This document shows positions 52,387 through 64,000 of a stretch of DNA of 64,000 nt, in pieces (within the stretch, counting starts at the first letter, position 1; each line of letters starts with the position of its first letter). A model generated the notes under the pieces. It saw only the letters and a program-made list of their open reading frames with translations. It had not been told where the DNA came from and searched no databases. This DNA comes from Octopus sinensis (lineage: Eukaryota). The translations under genes were made by a program, and so were the position numbers. Where the stretch lies: positions 74,276,001 to 74,340,000 of the forward strand of contig NC_042999.1 of assembly GCF_006345805.1 (NCBI RefSeq). Direction: 5' to 3'.

Positions 52387-52545
52387 CTGGTATCACAAAT
52401 CATAAGTGCACATTTGATAATCCACTGCTCTGCGAATACGAAATTTCTTGTATGAACCCTAGAGAATATACATGGAGGAGGAAGAATGGAGCAACTTCAT
52501 CGTCTTACACTGGACCTAAAGGTGATAATTCAGAACAAAAATATG
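52387..52545 (+). CDS. MAM-domain protein exon (MAM3 N-terminal part)
   Basis: ttttag|...G|gtaagt; GITNHKCTFDNPLLCEY...YTWRRKNGATSSSYTGPKGDNS; 159 nt, phase 1-1. Confidence 0.9.
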
Positions 52546-52844
52546 GTAAGTTTATTTTATTTATTTTGTTTTACTCTGTACAATATTTATATCCAAATAT
52601 GTTTTATAATGAAATTTACTCCTGTATACATCTACATGCTCAACAACCAGGATTACAGTTTTGTCCAGTATCACAAGGGATGTGTACAATATTTTATATA
52701 ACTAAGATACTTATTCTTAACAACCCAAGTTACCTAGCAATATATGAAAATAACAGATTATATTGTTCACCTCTGTAAACAGTAAAACTATTGTGAAATC
52801 AATGTGTTTCATAGTACAAAGATCAACCCCTCTTGTACATATAA

Positions 52845-52960
52845 CTTTTTCCACTGATTTAAATGAATGTCTTAAAACATGCCACTATCCACTACCTATT
52901 CTGGAGGATAGTTTCACAAAATTAAATGGTGGCAAGATATTTTCTAAATCTCAGCTAGAT
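52845..52960 (+). mobile_element. Gypsy RT fragment
   Basis: FSTDLNECLKTCHYPLPILEDSFTKLNGGKIFSK. Confidence 0.7.
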
Positions 52961-53549
52961 TGACTTACCCTCTGACGTTCTGTTTGGTTAAAGATTTAAT
53001 TACTTATGATAAAAAAGATAACAATACCCTCTTAGATAATTTAAAATGTTGAAATGATAGCGTAAGTTTTTAAAATGCCATTATAATAATTCTGAATGTT
53101 GATTTCCGAAGCACAAATATAGAGATTAGCAGCAGATCTCTAGCAGATCTCTAGCAGATCTCTAGCTGATCTCTAAATTTGTTCTTCACAAATCAACCTT
53201 CAGAAATATACTGCTCAATCAGAACTGGTTCATAGACTCCTTAGTTAGCTGAGAGATTATCTTTTGTTTATCGGTACAGCGTTCATCAATTTACATGTAT
53301 GTGTGATAGTGTGTGTATAAATGTATGTATGTACAAGGTGGTATCAAAAAGTTCCCAGACTAGTTATGTAGCATGCCAACAGATGGCACCATGTAGTTGT
53401 GTGTATGTAGTGTGAGCTAGCAGTGACCTTTATGAGGCAGTGTGCCAAGTGACATCACTATGTTTACTTAGCTGGTGGGTCAGAGGCTGGAGCATGTCAA
53501 GAATTCAGGATTATAATATGATTATCCACCCAAATTTGTTGTTTTGAGA

Positions 53550-53945
53550 TGGTTTCATGATGGTACTACAGCAAGGAGAAAAGATCAATGGTAAACTGTC
53601 TCAAAATAAGGTATTGCAAGGAGACATCTCTGCTCAAACTCTGTTTTCTCTCACAATCGTTTTTCAGAGTGCCATACAACTATATGAATTCATGATCATG
53701 CAACCAGCAAGCTTTTCAGACTTATGGCACTTCAAAACAAAGTATAAGATGCAATATTATTACCAGTTCGAATATACTAAAAGCACTTTTGGACCAGTAA
53801 ACAAGCCATTCACTGTGTTTTTGTCATGGAGAAAATTTCTCACTGTAGACATATGGTGTTTGCTCTCATAGTTAGAGATATACTTTATGCAGATGATTGT
53901 TACCTGGTTGCATTTTCAGAGGGTAACTTTCAAAAGATTATGGAT
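53550..53945 (+). mobile_element. Decayed RTE-type RT fragment
   Basis: IVRDILYADDCYLVAFSEGNFQKIMDR. Confidence 0.65.
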
Positions 53946-53996
53946 AGATATATGTGTATATATATATATGTATATGTGTGTATAAATATATATATA

Positions 53997-54029
<33 letters not shown>

Positions 54030-54039
<10 letters not shown>

Positions 54040-55532
54040 ACCGCCCTTGCCAGAGCACGTTCCGTGGACCGTGTATCTGCTCTCTCTCCCTGAACCCGCC
54101 CTGTAGTCTCCCGCCTCCCTTTTCCCCTCACTTACCACCCCCACGACCCTACCTCTCCAACGCACCATTCTTCGAGCTTTCCGTCATCTCCAGTCCGACC
54201 CATCCACTTCACACCTCTTCCCTAACCGACCCCTTCCCTCTTTCAAACGAGCCCATAACCTTCGAGACCTTTTGGTCCATAGCTCCTTCCCTGACCCTAC
54301 CTCCCAACCTGGCTCGTTCCCCTGCTCCCGCCCACGTTGCCACACTTGCCCTTACCTCTCCAACACCACCCTCCTCACTGGCACCCATCATCGACCCTAT
54401 CGCATCATCAACTCCTTCACCTGCACCTCCAGCAATATTATCTATTGCTCACTCTGCCATTCCCTGTACATCGGACAAACGGGACGCCGCTTGGCTGACC
54501 AGTTCGTGGAACACCTCCGTGACATCCGCCTTGCGAACGACACACCGATCTCACGCCATTTCCGCTCCACCGGTCACTCCTTGCAACACCTGTCTGTGTT
54601 CGGTTTGTCCTTGCACAGAGGCCATCTGGATTCCCGTTTGCGCCATGAACAGGAATTAATCTTCTCTCTTCGCTCTTATACGCCATTTGGTCTCAACTCT
54701 CCCCCCCTCCTCATCTAACTCCCCTCTCCCCCTCCTCATCTAACCTCCCCCCGACCCCTACTTCTCTTCAGTCCTTCATCCTTTTACCCCTACTCCTCTT
54801 CCCTTCTTCCCTCTTTCTCCCTCCCTCCTTCTTCCCTCTTCCCCTTCCCTCTTTCTCTCTGCTCCCTCACTCCCCTTCTCTCTCTCTCTCTCCCTCTCCC
54901 TCTATCCTCCCTCCTCCTCTCCCCTCCTCTTCTCCTCTCCTTCCTTCTCCCCCTTTTCCCCCTCCTCTTTTCCTCTCCTTCCTTCTCCCCCTTCCCCCTC
55001 CTCTTCTCCCCTTTCTTTCTCCCCCTCCCCCCTCCCCCTCTCTCCCCCTTGCCTCCCCCCTCTTCCCTCATCTCCTCTCTCTACACTACACCATACGACT
55101 TTACACATCACATCATATATACACACACACGTCCAGACCTCTCATACGCACTAATACTCTCTCATACACACACACACACTCTTCTCATACACACACACAC
55201 ACACTCTTATGTTGGAGCGAGGTCATTTAACCCTATTAACTCCCCTAATTTCGCTCTTGCGTCTCACGTTTGATCTTTGACTTCTGGCCGAAATCAGATC
55301 GCCATGTTGATTTGCTAACCTCTGCACGCATTTTTTTTCTCCCTTTCTGTGTTTCTTCTCTGTGTATCTTTCTGTTGAAGAGCGTAGGCTCGAAACGTTA
55401 AAGACTTGTTTTATTTATATTTCCTGAGCGCCATACTAATACAATTGTTTGTTTGTATTCCACCTGCCTTCGTCTTTTGTTTATTTCCGTAAACCTGCCT
55501 TCGTCTTTTGTCTATTTTCATAAAGCTTCCCG

Positions 55533-55534
<2 letters not shown>
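54030..55534 (+). mobile_element. 5'-truncated PLE (GIY-YIG + pyrimidine tract + terminal repeat with HHR-like motif 55367-55404)
   Basis: CSRPRCHTCPYL, NIIYCSLCHSLYIGQTGRRLADQFVEH, EQELIFSLRSYTPFGLN; same family as 16310-19040. Confidence 0.88.
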
Positions 55535-55584
<50 letters not shown>

Positions 55585-55669
55585 CGGGAAGCTTTATGAA
55601 AATAAACAAAAGACGAAGGCAGGTGGAAAACAACGAACAATTGTATTAGTATGGCGCTCAGGAAATATA

Positions 55670-56032
<363 letters not shown>

Positions 56033-56117
56033 TATATATAAATATTTTAATCTTCGGATTCTTTTTTAATATGCTAGACCACTGGTCTTAATTGATAAAT
56101 ATCAATTTCTACCCTTA

Positions 56118-56223
<106 letters not shown>

Positions 56224-56239
56224 TATATTTGTGTGTGTG

Positions 56240-56275
<36 letters not shown>

Positions 56276-56476
56276 AAATAAGAAAATGGAGAAATACATC
56301 TAAATCAATTATCAACTACCAGATAATACCCAATCACATACTTTATTAAACCACTACATATGAACATTAAGGTCAAACATGATAATATAGAACAAAACAG
56401 TGTACATGAAGGAGTAATATGATACAATAAGTACAATATGTATAAGAGAATATAAATAAATATAAATATAACCTAC

Positions 56477-56603
56477 ATCTTACAGCTGTTTCGGCCATGC
56501 AGATATGGGTATCTCATTTTACTTATATTATCCATGTGTGATAGGTCAATATGTAGTTATAAATGAGACATTTACAAAAATATCTCAAGGACTCTTCGGA
56601 GAT
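56477..56603 (-). ncRNA. Decayed long-stem-II hammerhead (homolog of 22422)
   Basis: ATCT-CCGAAGA-GTCC...GGCC-GAAA-CAGCTG-TA|AGAT; U4C and a stem II mismatch. Confidence 0.5.
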
Positions 56604-57029
56604 TATGAAATACAAACCAAATTAAATATACACCCATATAAGTGTGGGTACGTACCCATAATATATCATATACACATACATATGAGTGCATATACTCATA
56701 CTCCTATACATATATAAATACATATACATAATAATATAAATAATATAAATCAATAAACATACATATGTTCCATATTCAATGTTACAGTTTTTCAACTTAA
56801 TATTATGATATTACAATGTAGAAAATATACACATATTAATACTCAAATGCAGATATACAGAGTCAAGAGTATATTATTTTAATTTATATTAATTTACAAA
56901 ATGCCATTAATGTTAACATCATTACTATTATCATTACCACTAATGCTACCAATATCATTATTCTTATTATTAATAACGCTAATACTAGCAAAACAATATA
57001 AAGATCATATTATTAGCAATATATATATA

Positions 57030-58280
57030 TAGGTGAGAAAGTTGGTGTGTGAAAGCACGTGGTTGAATATATAGAAAATAGTAAAAAGTGAAAAAACTAC
57101 AGAAGGCTTGTTTTAAAAGGTTAAAAAATATATTTGAGTCATTATGTCAGAAGAATGTTATAAAATTTTTTCATACAGTGACATAGTTTTTGAAGAAATT
57201 ACCGGTTTCGTGTTAACTTTTCAAATTTCTCAAAACATCGTGTTATGTCTTCGTTATGAAGTGTAAAGAAGAGTTCCAGGTAAGGGAAGGTAATGAGTGA
57301 TTTCTTCCGGTGTAAGGGAGATAATCGCTTTATATTTCTTGTCCCATTTATTTAAAGGGGTGAGTTTCTCTGTATAAGAATGTTGGAGTGGTTAAGTTTG
57401 GGCTTATATTTTTCAATGAAGAATGTTTCCTTGTTTAGTCTAATTTGTGTTGGTGTTCCAATAGCACATTGATAAAATGGAAAGATTAAAAATTGTGATA
57501 GTAGTTGCTTTGCGTATTTCTCAATATGCTCACTAAAGGGTATCGTTCTGTATTCTGGGAATGCAATCTGTTGTCGATGCAGTGTGCATCTACGTCTGAG
57601 TGATAGACCCATGGACCCCACGTAGTTTTGGTGGCAGCCTGAGCATCTTATGACATAAATTATGTTTTCAGAAGCACAAGTAAAATTAGATTTGATCTTG
57701 AATTTTTGTCCCTCTTTGAAGAGGAATTCTGATCCTTCTAGAAGGTTTGGACATGTTGCGCAGTTTGATCTACCACATTTTTTTATTTTTGCATCCGTAA
57801 TTTCAGAAAACAATTTTGCCTTTGTGAGAATCTTTTTAAGTGATTTAGGTTGTTTGTAGCTTTTAATGATTTTATGTATGTTTACAATTTCCTTTAATTT
57901 GGGGTCCTTATGAAGTATTGGTAAATTCTGGGTGATGATGGTGAAGGCTTCTTTGTTTCTGGGGTTGTATGTGGATATGTAAGGCAGTATTTTCGGGGAA
58001 GGTTTGTTGTTGAGTTGAACTTTTCTCAAAGTTTCTATGTCGATTTCTGTTACACGTCTGATCTCATCCTCTATGAGTTGAGCTGGGTAGTGTCTGTCAA
58101 TTATGGTGTTTTTGAGTTCTTGTAGTCTAAAGTTCCTGGTATTTTGTTCTGATACTATTGTGCATATCCTTCTTGCAAAGTTGAAAGGGATGTTTGTTTT
58201 AGTGTGTCTTGGGTGGCATGAATCAAAAAGTAGGTATTGTTTAGCGTCTGTGGCTTTGTAAAAAATGTCTGTTTCTATTT
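57030..58280 (-). mobile_element. 5'-truncated Penelope-like element (second copy of the 13760 family)
   Basis: ORF 57352-58029 GIY-YIG, closely similar to 14121-14915. Confidence 0.9.
57194..57230 (-). ncRNA. Minimal type-I hammerhead ribozyme, U3-A8 variant
   Basis: AGAAAT-TTGAAAA-GT(TAAC)AC-GAAA-CCGG-TA|ATTTCT; compensatory stem II change versus 13945. Confidence 0.78.
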
Positions 58281-58289
58281 TAGTTTTAC

Positions 58290-60705
58290 CAGCAGGTCTC
58301 GGGAGTGGCCATCCTAGTCAGGTGTCGCTCTATGCGATGCTGTGGTCATCACAATGTCTTGCCACCTTCTCCTGTCCTCTACCCCATGGACAGCTGAGTA
58401 TAAAGACAATCCTGTGGCTGCGATGTCTTTCAGCCAAGAAGTGGGTGTTCTGCCTCTTTTACGTCTACAGTTCACCTTGCCAGTTATGATCGTTCGCTCA
58501 AGTCCATACCGGCGCATGACGTGGCCAAAGAACCGTAGCTTCCGCTTCATAATGTTTCGCCGAAGCATAATCTCGCAACCGAGATTTTCTAGTTCATCCT
58601 TCTCTCCGTCCACAACGGTTACACCATATTTCAAAAGCGCTCACTCTTTTCTCGTCTCCCTTCAACATTGTCCATGACTCGCAGCCGTACGTCGCAATAG
58701 AGAAAGTGGCAGCCCGAAGTAGCCTTATCTTCAGCAGTATTGACACGCCATGATTCTTCCAGATGTTCTCCGTATCTTGTACCGCTTGCCTCACTATCGT
58801 AAGCCTTCTCCGTATCTCTGGTGTACTTGATCCACTGGTGTTGATTGTGGATCCCAAGTACACAAAATCATCCACTTCCTGAATCATCTCTCTGTCTACG
58901 ATGAAGTCACCTTCGTCTGTCCTGTACTTATCCACCACCAAGATCTTTGTCTTCTTTACATTCAGGAATAGGTCACTTTGTGCACTCATGTCTCTCACTT
59001 TGCGTATTATCTGCAGCTATTCGTCCTTGCTGTTACTTATGAGGGTTGTGTCATCGGTGTATCTCAGATTGCACAGCCTTTCTCCACCAATCTGCACACC
59101 ACCGTCATAGTTCTCCTTCACCTCTCTTATGATGTTTTCTGCATAGATGTTGTACAGATATGGAGACAGAACACATTCCTGTCGGACACCCCTCTCAATA
59201 CCGAACCACTCAGTGTCACCGACGGACGTCCTGAGAGATGACTGTTGATCTTGATATAGTCACACCAACAGTGCGACTAAGTGTTCAGGAAATTCCATGG
59301 CCTTCATGACGTCCCACAGCTTGCTGTGTCTCACACAGTCGAAGGCCTTAGAGTAGTCGATGAAACACGTGTAAAGTGGGATGTCACATTTCTTAAACTT
59401 CTCGATCATCCTGATGTTGACTATCTGTTCCCTTGTTCTTCTGCCCTTGACGAAGCCGGCTTGTTCCTCAGCAATAACACTGCAATATTTCCGCTGCAGT
59501 CTACCTACGATGATTCGCAACAGGATCTTGCTTGCGTGGACAATAAGGCTGATGGTTCAGTGGTTAGAGCACTCGCGTGGGTTGCCTTTCTATGGTATTG
59601 GTACGAAGACTGCACAACACCAGTCAATCGGCCACTCCACGTCGTTCCAGATCTTGACACACAGTCGCCACAACAGTTCTATCTCAATATATCCCGTCGC
59701 CTTCCATACCTCGATGGGAAGTTCATTCATGCCAGGGCTCTTCACGTTCCTGGTATGGTACAGCGCCTGCCTCACTCCTTCTTTAAGTGGTTCCGGTTCT
59801 CTGACTTCGGCTACAGCGAGTGCAGCGGGGAGATCCTCCTGCCTCCTTCTGTACAAATCGGCGCTGTATTCCCTCCACCTAGCTTTGATGTCCTCTTCCT
59901 CTGTCAGGATATTACCTTCTTTATCGTTGATGACGTCACTACGTGGAGTCCACTTCCTCTTTCTACTCAATTCCTTCATCAAACGAAAACAGACTTGATG
60001 TCACCTTTCTGACGCATCTTCCGCCTCCAGACATATCTGGTCCAGATGGTTCCTCTTGTCCTCTAGTGCCTGTCTGTTGTACTGCTTGTCAAGTTCGCTC
60101 CATTCCTGATGGTTTCCACTTGCTTTTGCTTTCCTCCTTCTTGCGACGTCTAGTGTGTCGTCTGATAGCCACGGCCATTTCAGAGTCCGTCTTTTGGGAA
60201 TATTCCTCTCCACAACTTCCTTTGTGATGTTGACCATTTTCTCCCAAAGTGCATCTGATCTCAATTCTCCATTATCGTATGATTGAAGAAGCGGTAGAAG
60301 TCTATTCTGCATCTCGACACTGAAAGCCTCCGGGATCTTTGTGACGTCGTACCATGTTATTTTCATTTGCTTTCGCCTTGACCTCATCCGGATCTTAATC
60401 GTTGCACACAGCAGTTGATGATCGCTTCCGCAGTCTGCCCTTGGTCGTGTCCTTACATTCTTGAGTACCGACCTCCATCGTCCTTGAATCATGATGTAGT
60501 CAATCTGGTTTCGAAACCGGTCTCCTGGGCTAGTCCAAGTGTACAACCTTCTCAGGTGATGCTGCAAGATGGTGTTACCGATGACTAGGTTGTTGATGAT
60601 ACAACGGTCAACCAGATCCTGTCCTCTTTCATTCCTCTCCCTCAACCCGTGTTGGCCCACACTCGAACTGTTGGTAATGCTCTACCCCACCTTGGCGTTC
60701 CAATC
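58290..60705 (-). mobile_element. 5'-truncated RTE-clade LINE (APE 3' part + RT), frameshifted
   Basis: DWNAKVG at the 5' break, NQIDYIM, DCGSDHQLL, KSPGMNELP, FIDYSKAFDCVRH, FVYLGS, YGCESWT. Confidence 0.92.
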
Positions 60706-60707
60706 TC

Positions 60708-60771
<64 letters not shown>

Positions 60772-60774
<3 letters not shown>

Positions 60775-62401
60775 TTGCGGCCAAAATGTTCAGAACGGCA
60801 TTGTTTTCGTCAGAAAAGTAAGTATAGGTTTTTATCAAAGTAGTTTTATATTCTATAATTTTCACAGACAATAAATACAATATTAATTGTTATTGTCTGA
60901 GATTTTGGTGTAATTTAAGAGGATAATACAAAAGTTATGGATGATTTAGTGATTTACTGCAAAACCCATGGCGGCCAAAATGATCAGAACGGTTGAAAAA
61001 ATAACAAAATAATCAAAAATGACAGAGAATACTGGAATTATTTAATATTTAGTGTGAAGCCCTTTAGCTTCAATCACACTCTGATATCTTCGACTGCATG
61101 TGGAAATTAAATTTTCAATTTCTTGCTGGGTGATCTTATTCCATTCTTCCTGAAGGGCATTCCATAATTGTTCAGTTGTTTTAGGATTTCTGGCTTTCGA
61201 ACGTTCTCCTAGAATATTCCATACATTTTCAATAGGATTGAGGTCTGGGCTTTGAGCAGGCCAATCCATAACAATAACCTTTTCAGCCTTGAGGAAGTTC
61301 ATGACCACCTTAGCCTTGTGACATGGGGCATTGTCCTGCATGAATATGGATGGTCGCTTAGTTGAATTTCTCAGCACAGGCAAGACATGATCTTTTACAA
61401 GTTGTTTATAAACTCCTGCATTTTCCTTTCCATGAAATCGCACCAAAGGGCCCACACCATCTCCAGATATCATCCCCCAAACCATGACACTTCCTCCACC
61501 GAATTTAACACTAGTCTTAAGGCATTTAGGCGACAATTTTTCACCTACTTTTCGACGAACGTACCTTTTCCCATCTGAGTCAAATAACATAAACTTAGAT
61601 TCATCACTGAAATGCACCGTTTGCCATTTTTCTTGAGACCACAACACATGTTCGGTTGCAAAGGTAAGACGACACTTTTTATTCTTGGAGCTGATCAGTG
61701 GCTTCACTGCAGGTGCTCTTGCTTGTAGGTAATGTTCAACTAAACGACGAGACACAGTTTTTCGGGATAAAGTTTTCTTCAATACAATGCTCATTTTCCG
61801 AGAAACAGCAGCAGCAGTTTTAAATCTGTCCTTTTTAACCAACTTTACCATTGCACGATCTTCTCTCTTGGTCATTTTTCTTGGCCTACCTGTAAACTTT
61901 CTTGCTTCACACGAACCACAATCATCGTAGACCTTAAGAATACCGTGTACAACACTTTTTGACTTGTTAACAATCTTTGCAATAGATCCAATACTTAAAT
62001 TATCCTTCCTTCGAAGCTTAATAATCTGCTGACGAATTGGTAACGGAGTAAGTGGCATTATATTAACAAGGTGCACTGCAAATATTCTTACTAATGTTTA
62101 GTAAACGAACCGTCACGTAAACAAATTCAAAACATTAGAGTTCGACGGTTAAATATACTAAAACATGGAGTAAAAGCAACCGTTCTGATCATTTTGGCCG
62201 CCATGGGTTTTGCAGTAAATCACTAAATCATCCATAACTTTTTTATTATCCTCTCAAATTACACCAAAATCTCAGACAATAACAAATAATATCGTATTTA
62301 TTGTCTGTGAAAATTATAGAATATAAAACAACTTTGATAAAAAAATTTTATCTACTTTTCTGACGAAAACAATGCCGTTCTGAACATTTTGGCCGCAACT
62401 G
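60772..62401 (-). mobile_element. Full-length Tc1 (IR/DR-type) DNA transposon
   Basis: TA|CAGTTG...CAACTG|TA; ~224-bp TIRs 60772-60995 and 62177-62401, each with outer and inner GCGGCCAAAATG(T/A)TCAGAACGG repeats. Confidence 0.97.
61042..62058 (-). CDS. Intact Tc1 DD34E transposase (338 aa from ATG at 62058)
   Basis: HTH region, GRPRK, FSDESKF, QDNAPCH, SPDLNPIENVW with exactly 34 residues between the second D and E; no stops. Confidence 0.95.
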   Translation of the reverse strand: MPLTPLPIRQQIIKLRRKDNLSIGSIAKIVNKSKSVVHGILKVYDDCGSCEARKFTGRPRKMTKREDRAMVKLVKKDRFKTAAAVSRKMSIVLKKTLSRKTVSRRLVEHYLQARAPAVKPLISSKNKKCRLTFATEHVLWSQEKWQTVHFSDESKFMLFDSDGKRYVRRKVGEKLSPKCLKTSVKFGGGSVMVWGMISGDGVGPLVRFHGKENAGVYKQLVKDHVLPVLRNSTKRPSIFMQDNAPCHKAKVVMNFLKAEKVIVMDWPAQSPDLNPIENVWNILGERSKARNPKTTEQLWNALQEEWNKITQQEIENLISTCSRRYQSVIEAKGLHTKY

Positions 62402-62453
<52 letters not shown>

Positions 62454-62639
62454 ATATAATGGTTTCACTTTTATGTTGTTTCACTTCTATTCTCTCACCT
62501 TTAATAGTTTCACTATGTATATATCTACATGTATGCAGGTATGCACACACACACATATATGCATATATATGTACGTACATAAGTATATCTTTGTATATAT
62601 ATATATATATATATCTATACAATATGTTACATTACTCGG

Positions 62640-63320
62640 TAGTCAAGATAAAACTCTGAGTTTCAGATGCCGAAGTGGAAATCCACAACACCATCTCTTC
62701 GGTTATCTGGCTATTTGAAAACGTTATGAAAAAATACCGTTAAAAACGAAGGGAAATTACTCTGTTATAACTCTGCTTTGCCTGTGTACTTATACATCGC
62801 TCGCATTTTTCGTCATAAAAATTATATAAAAATACATAAAAATATATAAAAATATATAAAAATATATAAAATCTTCTTGGGACATTACACAGAAAGCATG
62901 TTCTATCCGTTTTCTTTAGGGGACCAAAAACGTAACAGAAATTTAGTCACATGTGGGCATGATCCGAAAAGCTCTGTCCTTGTATTTAGATATGTGGTAG
63001 GGTCTAAGCTGCTTTTCCAGATAAGCCATCTCTCCATGTCGCATAAACCGCACCTTCCGCTGCCGTTGGTATAGGGCTTACATCTGGCCAAAATCTTCCA
63101 TTGTATGTTATAATCGACACCTTTATCTCTTAAAGACCAAATATGATTGGATAATTGTGTCGCTTTTCTTTTGTTCCAGTGCCTAAAGCTCAAAGTGTGG
63201 TTATTGAACCTGGCCTTGAAATTACCCTCTGTCAGGCCCACGTATTTCTTCGTCGAAACGGTGTCTTTAGTTGTTATAGAGTTTACGGTAGCTTCATATA
63301 TGATGGTCTTGGACATGCAA
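62640..63320 (-). mobile_element. PLE 3' portion (GIY-YIG + terminal repeat with HHR-like motif 62646-62708)
   Basis: IIYEATV...YVGLTEGNFKARFNNH...CGLCDMERWLI...LNTRTELFGSCPH; minus strand AGATAA-CCGAAGA-GATG...CATCT-GAAA-CTCAGAG-TT|TTATCT. Confidence 0.85.
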
Positions 63321-63324
63321 GCTC

Positions 63325-64000
63325 CATTTGATTTTTATGCCTCTATCTCTAAAGAACTGCTAGATAAAGCCCTAATCTTCGCTAGTGACTTCATAGAAAT
63401 TAGTACCAATGATAAGGATATAATCTTCCATGCTAGAAAGACATTACTTTTCAGTGAGAATGCAAAGTGGGTAAAAAACACCGACACGGAGGGCGCTTTC
63501 GATGTGAGCATGGTTCATATGATGGGGCAGGCATCTGTGATCTAATTGGACTCTTTCTCCTAGATATCTTCGGTAAGACATTCCCTAACGTACATTTCGC
63601 CATCTACAAAGATGATGCCCTCGCCTTAACAGCTAATACAAATGGACCAGCACAAGATAGTTTTAGGAAGGATATTATCCAGTTAATGAAACACTTCGGA
63701 CTTAGTATAACTATAGACACTAACCTGACGGTTGTCAATTTCTTAGACGTTTCCTTAGATCTTAATAATAATATTTATAAGCCTTATAGGAAGCCCAATG
63801 ATAGACTAAGTTATATTAATGTAGGTTCATGCCATCCCCCTATAGTATTCAAAAATTTAGTTAAAAATATTAGTAAGAGGATTTCTAGCCTCTCATCTAA
63901 TGAGGACATCTTCAATAGCGTTGCCCCAGTTTATAATAAAGCTTTAAAAGATAGTGGTTTTAGCGAAAAAATAAAATATACACCTATCACCAGCCCAACA
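63325..64000 (+). mobile_element. PLE reverse-transcriptase region (runs off the window)
   Basis: FYASISKELL, FDVS(M)GSYDGA with a frameshift, IYKDDAL, VNFLDVSLDL, YRKPND, SCHPP. Confidence 0.88.

Noticed and set aside
53131-53174. Four copies of 11-bp AGCAGATCTCT as a regulatory array
   Set aside because: Simple slippage minisatellite with no supporting context.

Overview
AT-rich, microsatellite-laden eukaryotic genomic DNA. The SINE and microsatellite make-up suggests an octopus or related cephalopod (inference, not proven). One host gene crosses the window on the + strand. It is a secreted tandem MAM-domain protein whose seven coding exons (9091-52545) can be rebuilt from GT-AG sites with consistent phases. 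Its introns are packed with transposons: a Tx1/L1-type LINE, R4/Dong-type RLE LINEs, RTE LINEs, several tRNA-derived SINE families, a degraded Gypsy LTR element, a Chapaev-like remnant, Helentron-type HINEs, and Tc1/mariner elements including one 1.63-kb copy with an intact DD34E transposase. There are also many Penelope-like elements (PLEs). The most striking unexplained layer is a dense set of about 14 type-I hammerhead ribozyme (HHR) motifs of several structural variants. They show core covariation (C3-G8, U3-A8, A3-U8) and sit in PLE terminal repeats. Examples include a non-coding 558-bp 1.5-mer unit that starts at the predicted cleavage site (retrozyme-like) and a 509-bp near-perfect inverted repeat with an intact HHR in each arm. 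Many further fold-back palindromes derive from the same repeats. All ribozyme folds were assigned by eye and activity is untested.
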